A stretch of DNA of 64,000 nucleotides from Chiloscyllium plagiosum (lineage: Eukaryota). Shown here one piece after another: positions 1-12,750 of the stretch (its first letter is position 1; the number at the start of each line of letters is the position of its first letter). Where the stretch lies: contig NC_057718.1 of the NCBI RefSeq assembly GCF_004010195.1, positions 86,920,139 to 86,984,138 of the forward strand, written 5' to 3'. The position numbers and the translations under genes were made by a program. The notes under the pieces are model-generated. The model was not told the DNA's origin and searched no databases. It saw only the letters and a list, made by a program, of their open reading frames with translations.

Positions 1-564
1 TGACATGAAATGGATTGTGACAGGCAACAGGGAATAGTGAACAGATTTTTCTTGACTAAAGGAAGATTTATCGTGGTGTCCGTTAGGGTAGCCATGAGGA
101 CCCTTTACAAACAGAATAATCCTAAAAGGGATTTGGAACAGAAGGATCTGGGGAATATATGTGCACAAACCATTGGAGTTTACAGGGAGGCCGAGAGCAA
201 TTGATCAATTTTGTATGGTCCTGGATTTTATAAATAGGATCATAAAGTTCAAAAGCAAGGAAGTTACAGTAAACCTGTCAAAATCCGCATCAACAAAAGT
301 ATTGTACCCAACTTTGTGTGACATACTTTATGAAAGATATGGAGGCTTTGAAACTGTTTCAAAAAAGATTCCCACACTTATTTTCTCTCCTCAAACTTCC
401 TTCCTGTTCTCTTCATCCCCTCAATCCTCTATCTGTCCTTCCCCATCCCTCCTTTCCTTCCTCTTTGCTCACCTCCTTCCCCCTCTCTCCTCCTCTTGCA
501 ACCATTCCCTTTCAGACCTTTTTCTGCTTCCCAGAAACCTGACCTAGATAGAGAAACAACTCCA

Positions 565-1064
565 NNNNNNNNNNNNNNNNNNNNNNNNNNNNNNNNNNNN
601 NNNNNNNNNNNNNNNNNNNNNNNNNNNNNNNNNNNNNNNNNNNNNNNNNNNNNNNNNNNNNNNNNNNNNNNNNNNNNNNNNNNNNNNNNNNNNNNNNNNN
701 NNNNNNNNNNNNNNNNNNNNNNNNNNNNNNNNNNNNNNNNNNNNNNNNNNNNNNNNNNNNNNNNNNNNNNNNNNNNNNNNNNNNNNNNNNNNNNNNNNNN
801 NNNNNNNNNNNNNNNNNNNNNNNNNNNNNNNNNNNNNNNNNNNNNNNNNNNNNNNNNNNNNNNNNNNNNNNNNNNNNNNNNNNNNNNNNNNNNNNNNNNN
901 NNNNNNNNNNNNNNNNNNNNNNNNNNNNNNNNNNNNNNNNNNNNNNNNNNNNNNNNNNNNNNNNNNNNNNNNNNNNNNNNNNNNNNNNNNNNNNNNNNNN
1001 NNNNNNNNNNNNNNNNNNNNNNNNNNNNNNNNNNNNNNNNNNNNNNNNNNNNNNNNNNNNNNNN
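565..1064. other. Assembly gap (N run)
   Basis: 500 N. Confidence 1.
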
Positions 1065-1900
1065 GGCTCGGGCTGCCTGTGCGGGAATGCGGAAGCGCTG
1101 AGGGCCGCCCAGAGGCGGCTGGATGGCGGACGCTGTGGAGAGCGGTGCCGGGGGCTCCGAGCATCTCTTCAAGGTGCTGGTGATCGGGGAGCTCGGCGTC
1201 GGCAAGACCAGCATCATCAAGCGGTACGTTCACCGGCTCTTCTCCCACAATTACCGCGCCACCATCGGAGTGGACTTCGCCCTGAAGGTGCTGAACTGGG
1301 ACGCCAGCACCTTGATCCGGCTGCAGCTCTGGGACATCGCAGGTAGGAGCCGGGGGGTGGGGGACAGGGACAGGCTGGGTCACCCTGGGGGGGGTGCAAT
1401 CAAGAATCACGGGAATTGCCTGTTTCCAAGTTCCCTGCTGGACACCAGCAGTGACATGGTTAATCCACGGGGCCCTGGGTTTGTGAAGGATTGCTTTGGG
1501 GGTGGGGGGGGGGAAGAGACAAGCGTGTGCCTTCTCCCGTTAACACTGAGACCGGAGCAGCCTGATACAGTGCACACACACACACACACCCGCCCCAGGG
1601 TGGGCTGTCATTCAGCGTCTCTCTCCCCCGCCCGACTCTCTGCTCGCCCTGGAATTTCCTGGCCGCCTCTCAGCGCGCTTCCCAGCCCCTTTGCACCCAC
1701 CGTCTGAATCTTCACCCGCCCCGGCACTCGGGTTTTACACACGGAATGGTCGCGGAGAACCAACTGGTCCCAGACAGCCGACCGGACAGAGCGGTCACCC
1801 GGGACGCGGATGCAAAGCGAGGGGTCCACCAAGTTCAGCCGCCTTGCGAATAGAGGCAGCTTCTCTGCCTGTTTCTTGGCGAGGCCTGTACAGTAAAGTG
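1065..1900. promoter_or_regulatory. CpG island over RAB32 5' UTR, exon 1 and start of intron 1
   Basis: Very GC- and CpG-rich compared with the CpG-depleted, AT-rich remainder. The core promoter probably lies in the adjacent gap. Confidence 0.75.
1123..1342 (+). CDS. RAB32: RAB32 coding exon 1 (Rab32/38 subfamily small GTPase)
   Basis: ATG at 1123 gives MADAVESGAGGSEHLFKVLVIGELGVGKTSIIKRYVH...RATIGVDFALKVLNWDASTLIRLQLWDIA-G. This includes the P-loop GELGVGKT, switch I TIGVDF and the Rab32/38-type WDIAG. Donor G|GTAGG at 1343, phase 1. Confidence 0.96.
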
Positions 1901-2169
1901 CAGGAGCAAAAGCTCTGGAATCTGTACTGGAAACAACAAATGCGGGAGACCACAACTCACTCTCACTCTCACTCTCTCCATCTCCATGGATGCTGCCTGA
2001 CCTCCAGCATTTGTCGTTTTCTGTAAAGTGTAAGATTGCCCATGCTCCTTGCACATGGGAATTACTAATACGCCACTTTAGAGTGCATTAAGAATCAATT
2101 ATCCTAATGTGGGACTGAAGTTCGAACTGACCATGAGGCCAGACGGTTACCTTTTCCTCAAAGATATAA

Positions 2170-2600
2170 CAGAGTCCCTACATTGTGGAAGCAGACCATT
2201 TGGCCCATCGAGTCTACACTGACCCTATGAGGAGCATCCCACCCAGATCCATCTACCCTACCACTGTAAACCCCATGCATATTCCCTGGACATTATGGGG
2301 CAGTTTCGTGTGGCCAAGCCACCTAATCTGCACGTCTTTGGACCGTGGGAGGAAGTACACACAAATGCAGGGAGAATGTGCAAAACACACATTCAGGTAA
2401 AAACAATGACTGCAGATGCTGGATTAGTGGTGCTGGAAGAGCACAGCAGTTCGGGCAGCATCCAAGGAGCTCCATGGATGCTGCCTGAACTGCTGTGCTC
2501 TTCCAGCACCACTAATCCAAAACACACATTCACCCGAGAGTAGGATTGAACTTGGTTTCCTGGCACTGTGAGGCAACAGTGCTAACCACTGAGCCACTGG
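2170..2600 (-). mobile_element. HE1-type tRNA-derived V-SINE, interrupted by a mini-PLE hairpin
   Basis: The reverse complement begins gtggctcagtggttagcactgttgcctcacagtgccagg, followed by the V-domain and a CR1-type tail, as in the copy at 10590. Confidence 0.8.
2396..2517. mobile_element. Miniature palindromic PLE pseudo-LTR insertion
   Basis: About 45-bp inverted arms. 15-bp TSD caaaacacacattca at 2381-2395 and 2518-2532. Confidence 0.8.
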
Positions 2601-3399
2601 CAATCCAACAGCTTCATAGTCAACCAACATTTTATTTCCAGATTTTGCTTTAGAAAACTGTCTTTTGGGTAACTCCTAAAAACCTGTTGTAATGCCTTAG
2701 AAAGCCATTTAAGTGTTAGTCATTGTATAGCACTGAGGTGTATAACTAATAGGTAGAAACTTGTCACTGAGTAACACATATAGTACTGGTGGATGCAGGT
2801 CTCACTGTGAGGCAAGTGTGGTTATAGGTCTGTCATGAGTACAGTACACTACTGGTGGATACAGGTCATCAAGGGAGTGCAGGTCTGCCATTGTCTTCTT
2901 TTGGCAGCACAAACTCTATACCTCTCCTTGAGCACTATCGGAGACTGAATCAGGTATTGCACAGGTTGGCATCCTTTTGGCTGTGAGTTATTCTCATCCT
3001 CCTTCAAGTCTGCCCATACCCACCTGCAGATGACAACTAGCCTTTAACCCTGACAGCTCACCTATGACTGAAATCCTGTCTGGACTGTTGTTATATACAG
3101 ACTTGACTATCAAACAGCTCTCGGTCAGTCTCTGAGCTGACACCCTAAACTTAAGCTACAAAAACAGATGTTGTTGGAAAAGATCAGATCAGGTAGCATC
3201 TGTGGAGAGAAGTCAAAGTTAACATTTCAGGTCCAATGACCCTTGCTCATTGAACTTCTGTTCTTGTTTCTGAATTGTAGCATACACAGTTCTTTCAGTT
3301 TTTATTTAGTCTAAATTTGAGCCAATCTGACACTGTGCTGGACATAAACAAACACAAACTATAGGTTGAACTATCCCTGATCATAGTGATAGACTTTGA

Positions 3400-3700
3400 A
3401 GGAGTGGAGTTGAAGAGTGTGTTGCTGGAAAAGCACAGCCGTTCAAGCAGCATCCGAGCAGCAGGAGAGTCAACGTTTCCGGTATAAGCCTTCCATCACG
3501 AAGGGGGCTGAGAGATAAATGGGAGGGGGTTGGGGCTGGAGGGAAGGTAGCTGGGAAAGTGATAGGTAGATGAAGATGGGGGTGAAAGAGATAGGTCAGA
3601 GAGGAGGGTGGAGTGGATAGGTGAGAAGGAAGGTGGACAGGTAGGACTGTTCAAGATGGTGGTACCATGTTGGAAGGTTGGGACTGAGATAAGGGGGGGG
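3400..3700 (-). mobile_element. PLE pseudo-LTR/3' UTR fragment
   Basis: Same gctggaaaagcacagc...gcagcatcc...aacgtttc terminus and purine-rich tract as the PLE at 56361. Confidence 0.7.
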
Positions 3701-4029
3701 GTAGAAGGGAACCTGATGAGTGGAGGACTGGAAAAGTGAGCCACATAGGGTTGGCAACCTGATGCGTTCCTCCTGCAGTGAAAGTTTTCCAAGAGTGGCC
3801 ATGAGAGGCATAAAGTGAGTTGCTGGCAAGAATGACCACTGCTCAAGCGCTGGCTCCTTGTCTTGGTCTGATTGGGTCAGCAACATTGGAAATCCACCTG
3901 CCATCTTTGATTGGATAGCAAGTAACAAGGCTGAGACTTGGAAGGTGGCTGTCTAGAAAATAGGTCTGCTGGTCTGGCTTCCAGACCTATTTCCAACATT
4001 GGTGTTTAAATCCTGTTGCAAGTCCTACA

Positions 4030-4465
4030 CACCTGTCATCTGTGCTTGCTGAGCTATGATGGCTTCAAGGCTGGTAAAGTCACCTAAAATTCTCATGCAT
4101 ATCTCTGAAGGCCTGTCTGTTTTATGCCTATCTGCCTCCCTATGTCTGTAAAATTCTCCAGATGGACACCCTCCAAACTCTATGAAATGCTCCAATTCTG
4201 ACCCCGTTATGCATTTTCAATTTTCTTTGCTTCATCATTGGTAGCCATGTCATCTGTCCCCAGAATCACCTTTCACAACATCATTGTCTCTATCTCCTGG
4301 TTTAAAACGTTCTTTAAAATCGAAGGAATTTTTTTTGCCAAAGCTTTAGGTTCTATGTCCTAATATCTCCTTATGACATTCATTATCAGATTTGTTTGGT
4401 AATTGTTCAGAAAGTGCTCTGGACATTTTGCCATTTTAATGGCTCAATATAAATGTAAAGATTGT
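4030..4465 (+). mobile_element. Old L2-type LINE 3' end
   Basis: Degenerate ORF2 C-terminus and a tail ending ...gtgctctggacattttg...tataaatgtaaag, typical of L2 3' ends. Confidence 0.5.
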
Positions 4466-5030
4466 TGTAAAGCACTGGGATACAGGACTGGTGGGTTCAG
4501 ATCTGTCACTGTAAAATACATGTGGTTATGGTGGGTACAGTTCTGTCACTATTATTCTTGAATAGAATGCTATCTCTGTGTAACAGGTTGGTATGTTACT
4601 GCTGGATTGTTGGGCTTAAGTCTGTCACTGTATAAAACTGGGGAACAGTAGTAGTGAATAACAGTCAGTCACAATGGGCACAGTAGTAAAAAATGCAGGT
4701 CAGTCACTATCATTGTCACTTGGACACAGTGCTGTCACTGTGTAACAGCAAAATGTAGTACTGCTCAGTCCAAGCCTGTCACTGCAAAACACTAGCGTAC
4801 AGTGCCAGTAATTATGCATTCTGTCAGTGTGATGTTGAATAATGGGCTGATACTATTCCATGGATAAAGGTCTATCACTGTATAACAGTGGAATACAGTA
4901 CTGGTGGATATATTATTGAACACGAGTGCACAGTTGTCAAGTTTATCAATGTATAATGCTGGAATGTAGCATAGTTGTGTCTGTTGGTGTATAACACTAG
5001 TTCTCTAACTTTATAACGTGGATGTAGTAC
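4465..5030 (+). repeat. Degenerate ~44-bp tandem minisatellite
   Basis: Recurrent unit resembling gtctgtcactgtataacactggggtacagtactggtgggnacag. ctgtcact-like motifs are spaced about 40-44 nt apart. Related arrays at 2715-2895 (+) and 14860-15000 (-). Confidence 0.7.
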
Positions 5031-5389
5031 AGGTAAATTGAAGGTGCTAAATGTATATTTGTTGAGAATTATGAATTATTTCTTTAAATATTCATCATTG
5101 CTCATTACTATCATATTATGGATAATTAGTTTACAATCTATTACAGCCAACCTGTCTCTTACCTATCAGGTTTGTTTAAATTCAAAAGCCAAGCTTTGTT
5201 CTTAACTTCACCACATTTAAACTGAACATGTAATTCCATCATCTTATGGTTACTCTTTCCCATTTTACCTATCGCTATGAAAGTCAAGTACTCTGGAATA
5301 TTTCATGTCAATCTTTATTAACAACAAATATTCCCAGATCAGACCCATCTTAACTCTATTTATGAGAGTAGTTGTGTTTTGTGGTGGGT

Positions 5390-6280
5390 GGCTAATGGCC
5401 TAGAGATGATATTTTTGAATTAATAATCCAAAGGTCCAGGCCAATCTTTTGGGACCACTGGTTAAAGCCCAACTATTGTAACTGGTGGGATTCAAAATCA
5501 GTTATTAATAAACCTGGAATTAAAGTGGTATGACCATGAAATTACAGTGTGCTATCACACACATTTCTTCAACGCGAATTGGCTATGATGGAGTTGAAGA
5601 ATTTAGACCATTATTTGTAGAACACAAACTTTCCTTATCTGTATTGACTATAATGCAATTCCGGTCCCACTAGTTTAAATGGTGCTGCTATTACACAATT
5701 TTCTGATAATGCAAGGTCGTGTGGAAACTGAACAATCATGTTACAGAGGAACCTCGATTATCAGATGGGCTCGGGTGGGGAATACTTTATTCGGTTAATC
5801 AAATTCTGGATAATCGAATGCCAGATAACATAGTTGAGCCAAGCATCGGGACCTTGTGATCTTGCCGGATAATCCAATATTCAGATCATCGAATGCTGGA
5901 TAATCGAGGTTCCTGTGTATATCAGAACCGACTGGATCAAATTATTGTACAAATGTATCTTGTTCACTCATGTTGTTTTAGGACAGGAAATCTGGCTTTA
6001 CCATCCTTCCTTGTTCTGGCATTCATGTCATCCAAGAACCACATACTGTGGTTGACTCGGAACTTGAAATAGTCTATTACATCACTTGGTTGTAAAAATC
6101 CACCACAGCAAAGACAAAAAGGAATAAAACTGGATGGAGTACCTGACCTTGACCAAGGCACCAGGACTCGCAATGGCACAACATGCCCTGTCATCCCTAG
6201 AGTCGTCCTTACGAATGATTGCGGGCTTGTGGCAATATTTGGAAAGGTGTACTCAGACATGTGAAGCTGCAGGCCTAAAA
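5390..6280 (+). mobile_element. 5' part of a tRNA-headed LINE (degenerate), interrupted by nested MITEs
   Basis: Colinear with 61608-62540: the head, then the start of an APE endonuclease-like reading frame. Confidence 0.6.
5744..5917. mobile_element. Tc1/mariner (Tigger/pogo-like) MITE
   Basis: 19-bp TIRs cagaggaacctcgattatc / gataatcgaggttcctgtg (1 mismatch), flanked by TA at 5742-5743 and 5918-5919. Confidence 0.85.
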
Positions 6281-7104
6281 GTGATATGAACCCCGATGAC
6301 TTGAAGGAATTGATAAAGTTATCATTTTTATAACTTTAAAATTGATACAAATTAAAATGTGAATTAAACAGGCGAGTTCTGTTCAATAGAAAAAGTACTT
6401 GACCCTTAAATAGCAGATATGACAAAGATATCACTGGCAGTGGTGGATTTACTGGCTGTGGTGGTTGTAAGTCCTATCACGTTGCTGACCAGGAATTTTT
6501 GTTACTCTTCCCACCTGACATTAGCCTATGGTGGAAGGATTTACAAGTTGATACTCAATTTTGGCCATTGAGTCAAGGTGTGGGAATTGAATAGAGAGTT
6601 TCTGGGTTAGCAGTGTAACACTACCCACTATATCAGAGGAGTTCCTTGTCTGTTGCCATTCCTGATTATTTCCTATCCCACTAACAGCACAGTTCCGGCA
6701 AATGCTGGAGTACCATGGTGGACAGTCAAAAGGGAATTGCATTGGAAATCCTCAACATTAACTATGGATCCCATGACATCTCTTGGCATCAGGCCAAATA
6801 TGGGCAGGGAATTCTCCTGCTGATTATCTCCTTCTTGCTTCAGAGCGACTAACATCCAGACCCATATGGTACGGAGCAGCAGCAGAATTATATTCAACCA
6901 CAATCTGTCACCATATCCCTCGCTCTACCATTACAATTAAGTCAGGAGATTAACCTTGGTTTAACGAATAGTGCAGGAGAACATAACAGGAGTAGTACTA
7001 AGCATAACTAAAAAATATCAGGTGCCATTCTAGTGAAGTTACAGCACAGTACTGCTTGCGTGCCAAAAAGCCAGAAGTGGCATGCAGTTGACAGAGCTAA
7101 GCAA

Positions 7105-7883
7105 TGTTATGGACCAGGCCAAATCCCCTCAGAACATTTCAAGAAAGTAGCTTAGACCCTATTTTTGCTAGTTGTTTTAAGCAAATGTAACACAGATATT
7201 CCAGGAGGGAATCGGTTGGTCAAACCACGTAGTTTTGAAAAAAATAGAATTTATTTGCAAGATTACTGAATGAAACACAAACAAAAGAGGACAGAATACT
7301 GAATAACTTAACCTATCCGAAAACCCAACAGACCATCCCAACCTAATGATGCTGTTCCAAATACTTGCAACAATCACCAGAAGCACCCCTTGGGCACAAA
7401 AGGTAAAATCAAACACACAGGGTCTTACATCAGAGATGTCAGAGAGAGAGAGGAGCATCAGCCTGTACTTGCTTCTTTGGGTCCAGCAGCTTTTACAATG
7501 GCATGACTACTTTCAGTGAATAGCCAGACCAAAACCAAACCAGAGAGAGGCTGAGCTGGGAGAACGGGCCACTCCCCTTTCATTGCACAAGTGTTTTTTT
7601 AAACTTAAAAGTCTTTTGCCTGAGGCAGTATCTGTTAGCGATAATCAAATTGGCCCTAAAACCATTCAACTTAGACTTTTCAGAGTCTGTGTCTTTTATG
7701 ACTTCTCTGGAAAAGAAGGGCCAAGGAGGAAGGGTTTGGAGGGATATGGGCTGGGTGCTGGCAGGTGGGACTAGATTGGGTTGGGATATCTGGTCGGCAT
7801 GGACAGGTTGGACCGAAGGGTCTGTTTCCATGCTGTACATCTCTATGACGCCGAAACCTTGTGAAAGGAGCATCACCATCACA
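7105..7883 (-). mobile_element. Probable solo LTR inserted in a LINE, containing a HER1/CR1 3' tail at about 7730-7850
   Basis: TGT...ACA termini. It interrupts a LINE that resumes afterwards. AATAAA is present on the minus strand. The TSD is degenerate. Confidence 0.5.
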
Positions 7884-9074
7884 ATAATAACATATCATGG
7901 ACATGATCAAATCCTGGCTGACCTCGCATTCAGTCGTGAATGGTGGCAGACAATTGAACAAGTAATGGGAGGAGGAGGCCCCCATGAATGATGGGAAGTA
8001 TGTCAGTGGAAAAGGCTAATGCATCTTCAGACAAATGTGCAAAGTGGGGGATCCATCTCAGCCTCCTCCTGGAGACCCCAGATAACAATTTTTAGCCAAT
8101 GTCACTCACTTCATGTATTATCTAAGAGGTTTCTGAAGACACTGTTTATAGTGAAGGTTCTTGATAATACCTTCTCGAAGGCAGCTGAGGCAATCGATAA
8201 ATGCTGAAATCACTCACCATCCCATAAAACAATTAAAATAATTTCAGATATGGTTTCTTTAATTTTAAGTTTTTGAATTAATTTTGCCGATTATAACAAT
8301 ATTCACAAACTCCCTTTTCTAGTGACATAAATTCACCCTTACCTGAACTTTTGGCCTGACGTCCTGATTTAGTTTGAAGCTTTGTTTACCACCCTAGTTA
8401 TTAAATTTACTACAACATTGTTCCCAGCCCAATTTAGTTGGAGCTTGTTTTAGTGGTGCTCCCTCTGTCCTCAGTACAGAAACCATTGACATCTGAATTG
8501 AAATCCCCACCCTCCCACATCACTCTTTTAGCTCTGCATTTAACCTGACAATCTATGATTCTCTATGCCAGTTTATGCAGGTTCAGTAGCAATCCAGAAA
8601 TATTTGCTTTTGAGGTTCATCTTTATAATTTGGACACTTCCTCTTTTTCCCTCTCCATTACCTTATTTGTTAATCTATATGTATCATTGATTTCTCCATT
8701 GACCATGACAAATGGTTTTTTCTTCTTGTGTTCAACACTCTACTCCAGGCGTGAAAAGATCTTCTTAGCATTTCCACTAGACAAGAAACACAGCCTTCAA
8801 AACAATTAATTAAGGACGCAGAGAACAAAGCTAGTCCTTGCTATACTATCCCTGCCCACAATCTCATTCCTTTTCACTTCTGCTTTGGTCAATTTTGCCA
8901 ATCTCCCTGCAGTCTTAGTTACTGCTCAGATGCAGGAGAGCAATCACCTGTTGGACCTAAGTAAAAACTGAAGCTCCTCCACTTCTGAATGTGGGACCTC
9001 GTTACCTCCCTAACATACAGCTAAATCTTCCTGCCACTGACCACGATCCAAATCTAAACTACCTTGGGTATCGG

Positions 9075-9632
9075 AGTAGGGAGGTCATGGAATATTCTGT
9101 GCAATTCTTGTCTCCTTCCTATCGGAAGGATGTTGTGAAACTTGAAAGGTTCAGAAAAGATTGACAAGAATGTTGCCAGTGTTGGAGGATTTCAGCTATT
9201 GGGAGAGGCTGAATACGCTGGGGCTGTTTTCCCTGAAGCATTGGAGGCTGAGGGGTGACCTTATAGAAGTTTATAAAATCATGAGGGGCATGGATAGGGT
9301 CAATAGACAAGGTCTTTTCCCTGGGGTGGGGGAATCCAGAACTAGAGGGCACAAGTTTCAGGTGAGAGGGGAAAGATATAAAAGGAACCTAAGGGGCAAT
9401 TTGTTTCACACAGTAGGTGGTGCATATATGGAATGAGCTGCCAGAGGAAATGTGGAGGCTGGTACAATTGTAGCATTTAAAAAGTATCTGGATGGGTATA
9501 TAAATAAGAAGGGTTTAGAAGGATCTGGGCCAAGTGCTGGCAAATGGGACTAGGTTAGATTAGGATATCTGATCGGCATGGACGAGTTGGACCAAAGGGT
9601 CTGTTTTCATGCTGTACATCTCTATGACTCTA
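9075..9632 (+). mobile_element. CR1/HER1 LINE 3' end
   Basis: ORF 9161-9436 RMLP...ERLNTLGLFSL...LRGDLIEVYKIMRG..RV...SRTRGH is the CR1 ORF2 C-terminus. Tail ctctatgactcta. Confidence 0.9.
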
Positions 9633-10589
9633 CCGCCTAACCCACCTGGATCGATGTGACCTCAGATTCCAGCAATACAACTCCAAATCCATGTTTCTCA
9701 ATTTAAGACATTTCCTGCAGAATACTGTTGCCTTGGATCATCATGCTATTCACATTGAAACCTCCTACACTGCCTTTCAAACTATTCTTGTTTTGTTTCA
9801 GACATAGTTCATTTACTTTGTTTAAATAGTAAACCAATTAACTTATTCATTTCAAGTTTTTAATTGTAAAATAAGTATTGACAAGTTCCAGGCTCCTGAT
9901 TCAAACCACTCCTTGAGCTGAGAGCAAAAAAATGTATTAGTCACCCCACCTACTGTGATGTCACGCTAGCAGAGTCACACAGCACGAAAACAGAATGTTC
10001 CATCCAACCAGTCCATGTCCTTTATAATCTCAAACTAAACTCGTCCCACCTGCCTTCACTTGGCCCATATCCCTCCAAACATTTCTTATTCATGTACTTA
10101 TTAAATGCCTTTTAAACATTGTAACTAGATCCGTTTTGTGTAACTTTTCTGGAAGTTCATTCCACACACAAACCTCTCTGTGGGAAAAAAAACTCACCCG
10201 CATGTCTTTTTAAAATCTTTCTTCTCTATTTTACTAATAATAAAACTGTGTAGGTTAGGTGAATTGGCCATGCTAAAATTGCCCGTAGTGTTAGGTGATG
10301 GGGTAAATGTAGGGGAATGGGTCTGGGTGGGTTGCACTTCGGCGGGTCGGTGTGGACTTGTTGGGCCGAAGGGCCTGTTTCCGCACTCGAAGTAATCTAA
10401 TCTAATCTAAAACAATGCAAATTAAATTGGGGCATTTTAAATCAGAGTAACAAACAGCATGAAGAACAATTCATTGCAAAGGTGATTACTTGTAACACCT
10501 TGGATTTCCTAATTAATTTAGATTTTAAACGGGATTGAAAACAATTGAACATTAAATGTAATAAGCATTAAATAATCAAAGGCAATCAT

Positions 10590-10916
10590 GGGTGGCACAG
10601 TGACTCAGTGGTTAGCACTGTTGACTCAGTGCCAGGGACCTAGGTTCGATTCCAGCTTTGGGCAACTGTCTGCGTGGAGATTGTACGTTCTCCTGTGTCT
10701 GTGGGTTTTCTCCCACTTCCAAAGCTGTGCAGGTTAGGTGAATTGGCTGTGCTAAATTGCCCATAGTATTCAGGAATTTGTAGTCTAGGTGCATTAGTCA
10801 GGGATAAATGTAGAGTAATAGGGTAGGGGAATGGGTATGGGTTGGATACTCTTCGGAGAGTTAGTGTGGACTTGTTGGGCCGAAAGGCCTGTTTCCACAC
10901 TGTAGGGATCCTATGA
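10590..10916 (+). mobile_element. Near full-length HE1-type V-SINE
   Basis: A box tgactcagtgg, B box ggttcgattcc, V-domain tctcctgtgtctgtgggttttctcccac, and CR1-like tail gggccgaaaggcctgtttccacactgtaggg. Confidence 0.88.
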
Positions 10917-12750
10917 AAAGGGAGAGGGGAAATCAAGACAATCAGTATTACAAGAAAAAAGTACTCAGGTCACTTATGGGACGAGAAGCTTCACTAGACC
11001 CAGCACGATGCTTCTTAGGACGTTAAACAAAGTTGCTACAGAGATGGTGGATGCACTGGTAGTAATTTTCCAAGAATCAGTACATCGTGGAGATGTCCCA
11101 GAGGATTGGATATCCAAGGAATGAAGGCTTATGGGAAAAGGGTAGGAAAGTGGAGTTGAGGATTGTCACATCAGCCATGAACTCATTGAATGGTGGATTC
11201 ATCTCCTACTTCTACTCCTATGTCTTATGCCTGAATACCAGGCAATAACATCAATTCTGGGAATGTAGTTTGATGTAGAGTGAGTAGATTGAATTGAAAT
11301 GTTACGCCACACAGTTTTGCAAGGAAAGTGTTATGGTTTTGCAACTGATCCTGTAACAGTTTATCAACAGGCAGTAATAGTATTGCTACAGAGAGTATTT
11401 CAAAGGAATGAAATGCACTTGGAAAGCTGATATAAACACAGAATTTGTGAACCATTTGAAGATACTAGGTAAAGGGGTGAAAGTGTCTACTTGTGTGGCA
11501 GGGTTATGCTGTAGAGTTCATCATCAGTATCTCACTTCAATCTGAATGAAGAATTCCTAACAAAGCGAAAGATAATTAATGTTTAGAGAGAGAAATATAT
11601 TTCATCACACACCATCTCTCATTTATGTAGTCTGGTGGTTAAAATTACCTTTAAACCAACAGAAACAAGAATAACTAAATTGGATTTGGTTTCGGCATCA
11701 ATTTAGTTTTAGAAAGTTACTGTATTAATTGCAGTATTGATTTGCAGGATTGTTGTAAATTTAGATATTAAAGATTGGACACGTTTAAAAAGAAAACGGT
11801 ATTACTCAAAGTCAGCATAGATTTTTTTAAAAAATAAAATAACATTTGGCAAACCTATTGGAGTGTTTTGAAACTGTGATTAGTAGAATAGATGCAATGG
11901 ATGTTCCACAACCTACACTCTTTCACTAAAGTTACTTATTTCCTTAACTGTTCTGAATAATTTTTTTTAACTGAGATTAAAAAATTCGGTCAATTCTCCT
12001 TTGAATTCTTCAAATGTTTTCCAATTTGTATGTATCTCTAAATTAAAATCATCAATCCTTGATCATTCTAAACCCAAAGCATGCTGACATTATTCAATGT
12101 TTTCTCTCTTCTGTCATAAGCCTTCACAATTTAAACGTACCTCCATTGACAATGGAAGAGATTTTGTTATCATCTACTGTCTGACAGGTATTGGTTTAAA
12201 ATCATGGTTCTGGAAAGACTGACTGAATTCAATTTTAAACCTATTTAAAAAAAAATATCAATACCAATACTACCAAACACTTAAAGATGATAATATATGT
12301 GAATAACATACCTTTCATCACAGTGAATACTAATCTTTTGGGATGCATAGACCAAGACTCCTAGATCCCTCTGTATTTCAGAGCTGTGCAATCTGTCACC
12401 ATTTAGACAATATTTCTTTTTTTATTCTTTCTGCTGAAATGGATAATTCCACATTTTTCCACATTATGCTACTCTACCAGATCTCTGCCCACCTGCTTAA
12501 CCTATCTACATCCCTTATGTGTATCCTTATGTCCTCTTCACATCTGATTACACTATCTATCATTGTATCAACAACTAATTTAGTAACCATATCTTTGTTT
12601 CCTTCATCCAACTGATTGACATAAATTGGAAAAAGTTGAGGCCCTAGTACTAATCCCTGTGACACCCCAGTCATTATATCAGATTGATCAGAAAATGACC
12701 AATTTAAACCTACCCTGTTTTCTGCTAGCTACTCTATCTTCTATCTGTGC

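Noticed and set aside
429..1410. Long ORFs spanning N runs (also 42939-43692 and 56307-57146)
   Set aside because: Artefacts of assembly gaps translated as X.
1343..1707. Continuation of the 194-aa ORF starting at 1123
   Set aside because: Read-through into intron 1 past the GT donor. Rab homology stops at WDIAG and resumes at 18454.
4465..5030. Periodic repeats superficially like a CRISPR array
   Set aside because: Eukaryotic intron, degenerate contiguous units without unique spacers, and no cas genes.
10590..10665. tRNA-like sequence with A and B boxes
   Set aside because: It is the head of an HE1 SINE, not a tRNA gene.
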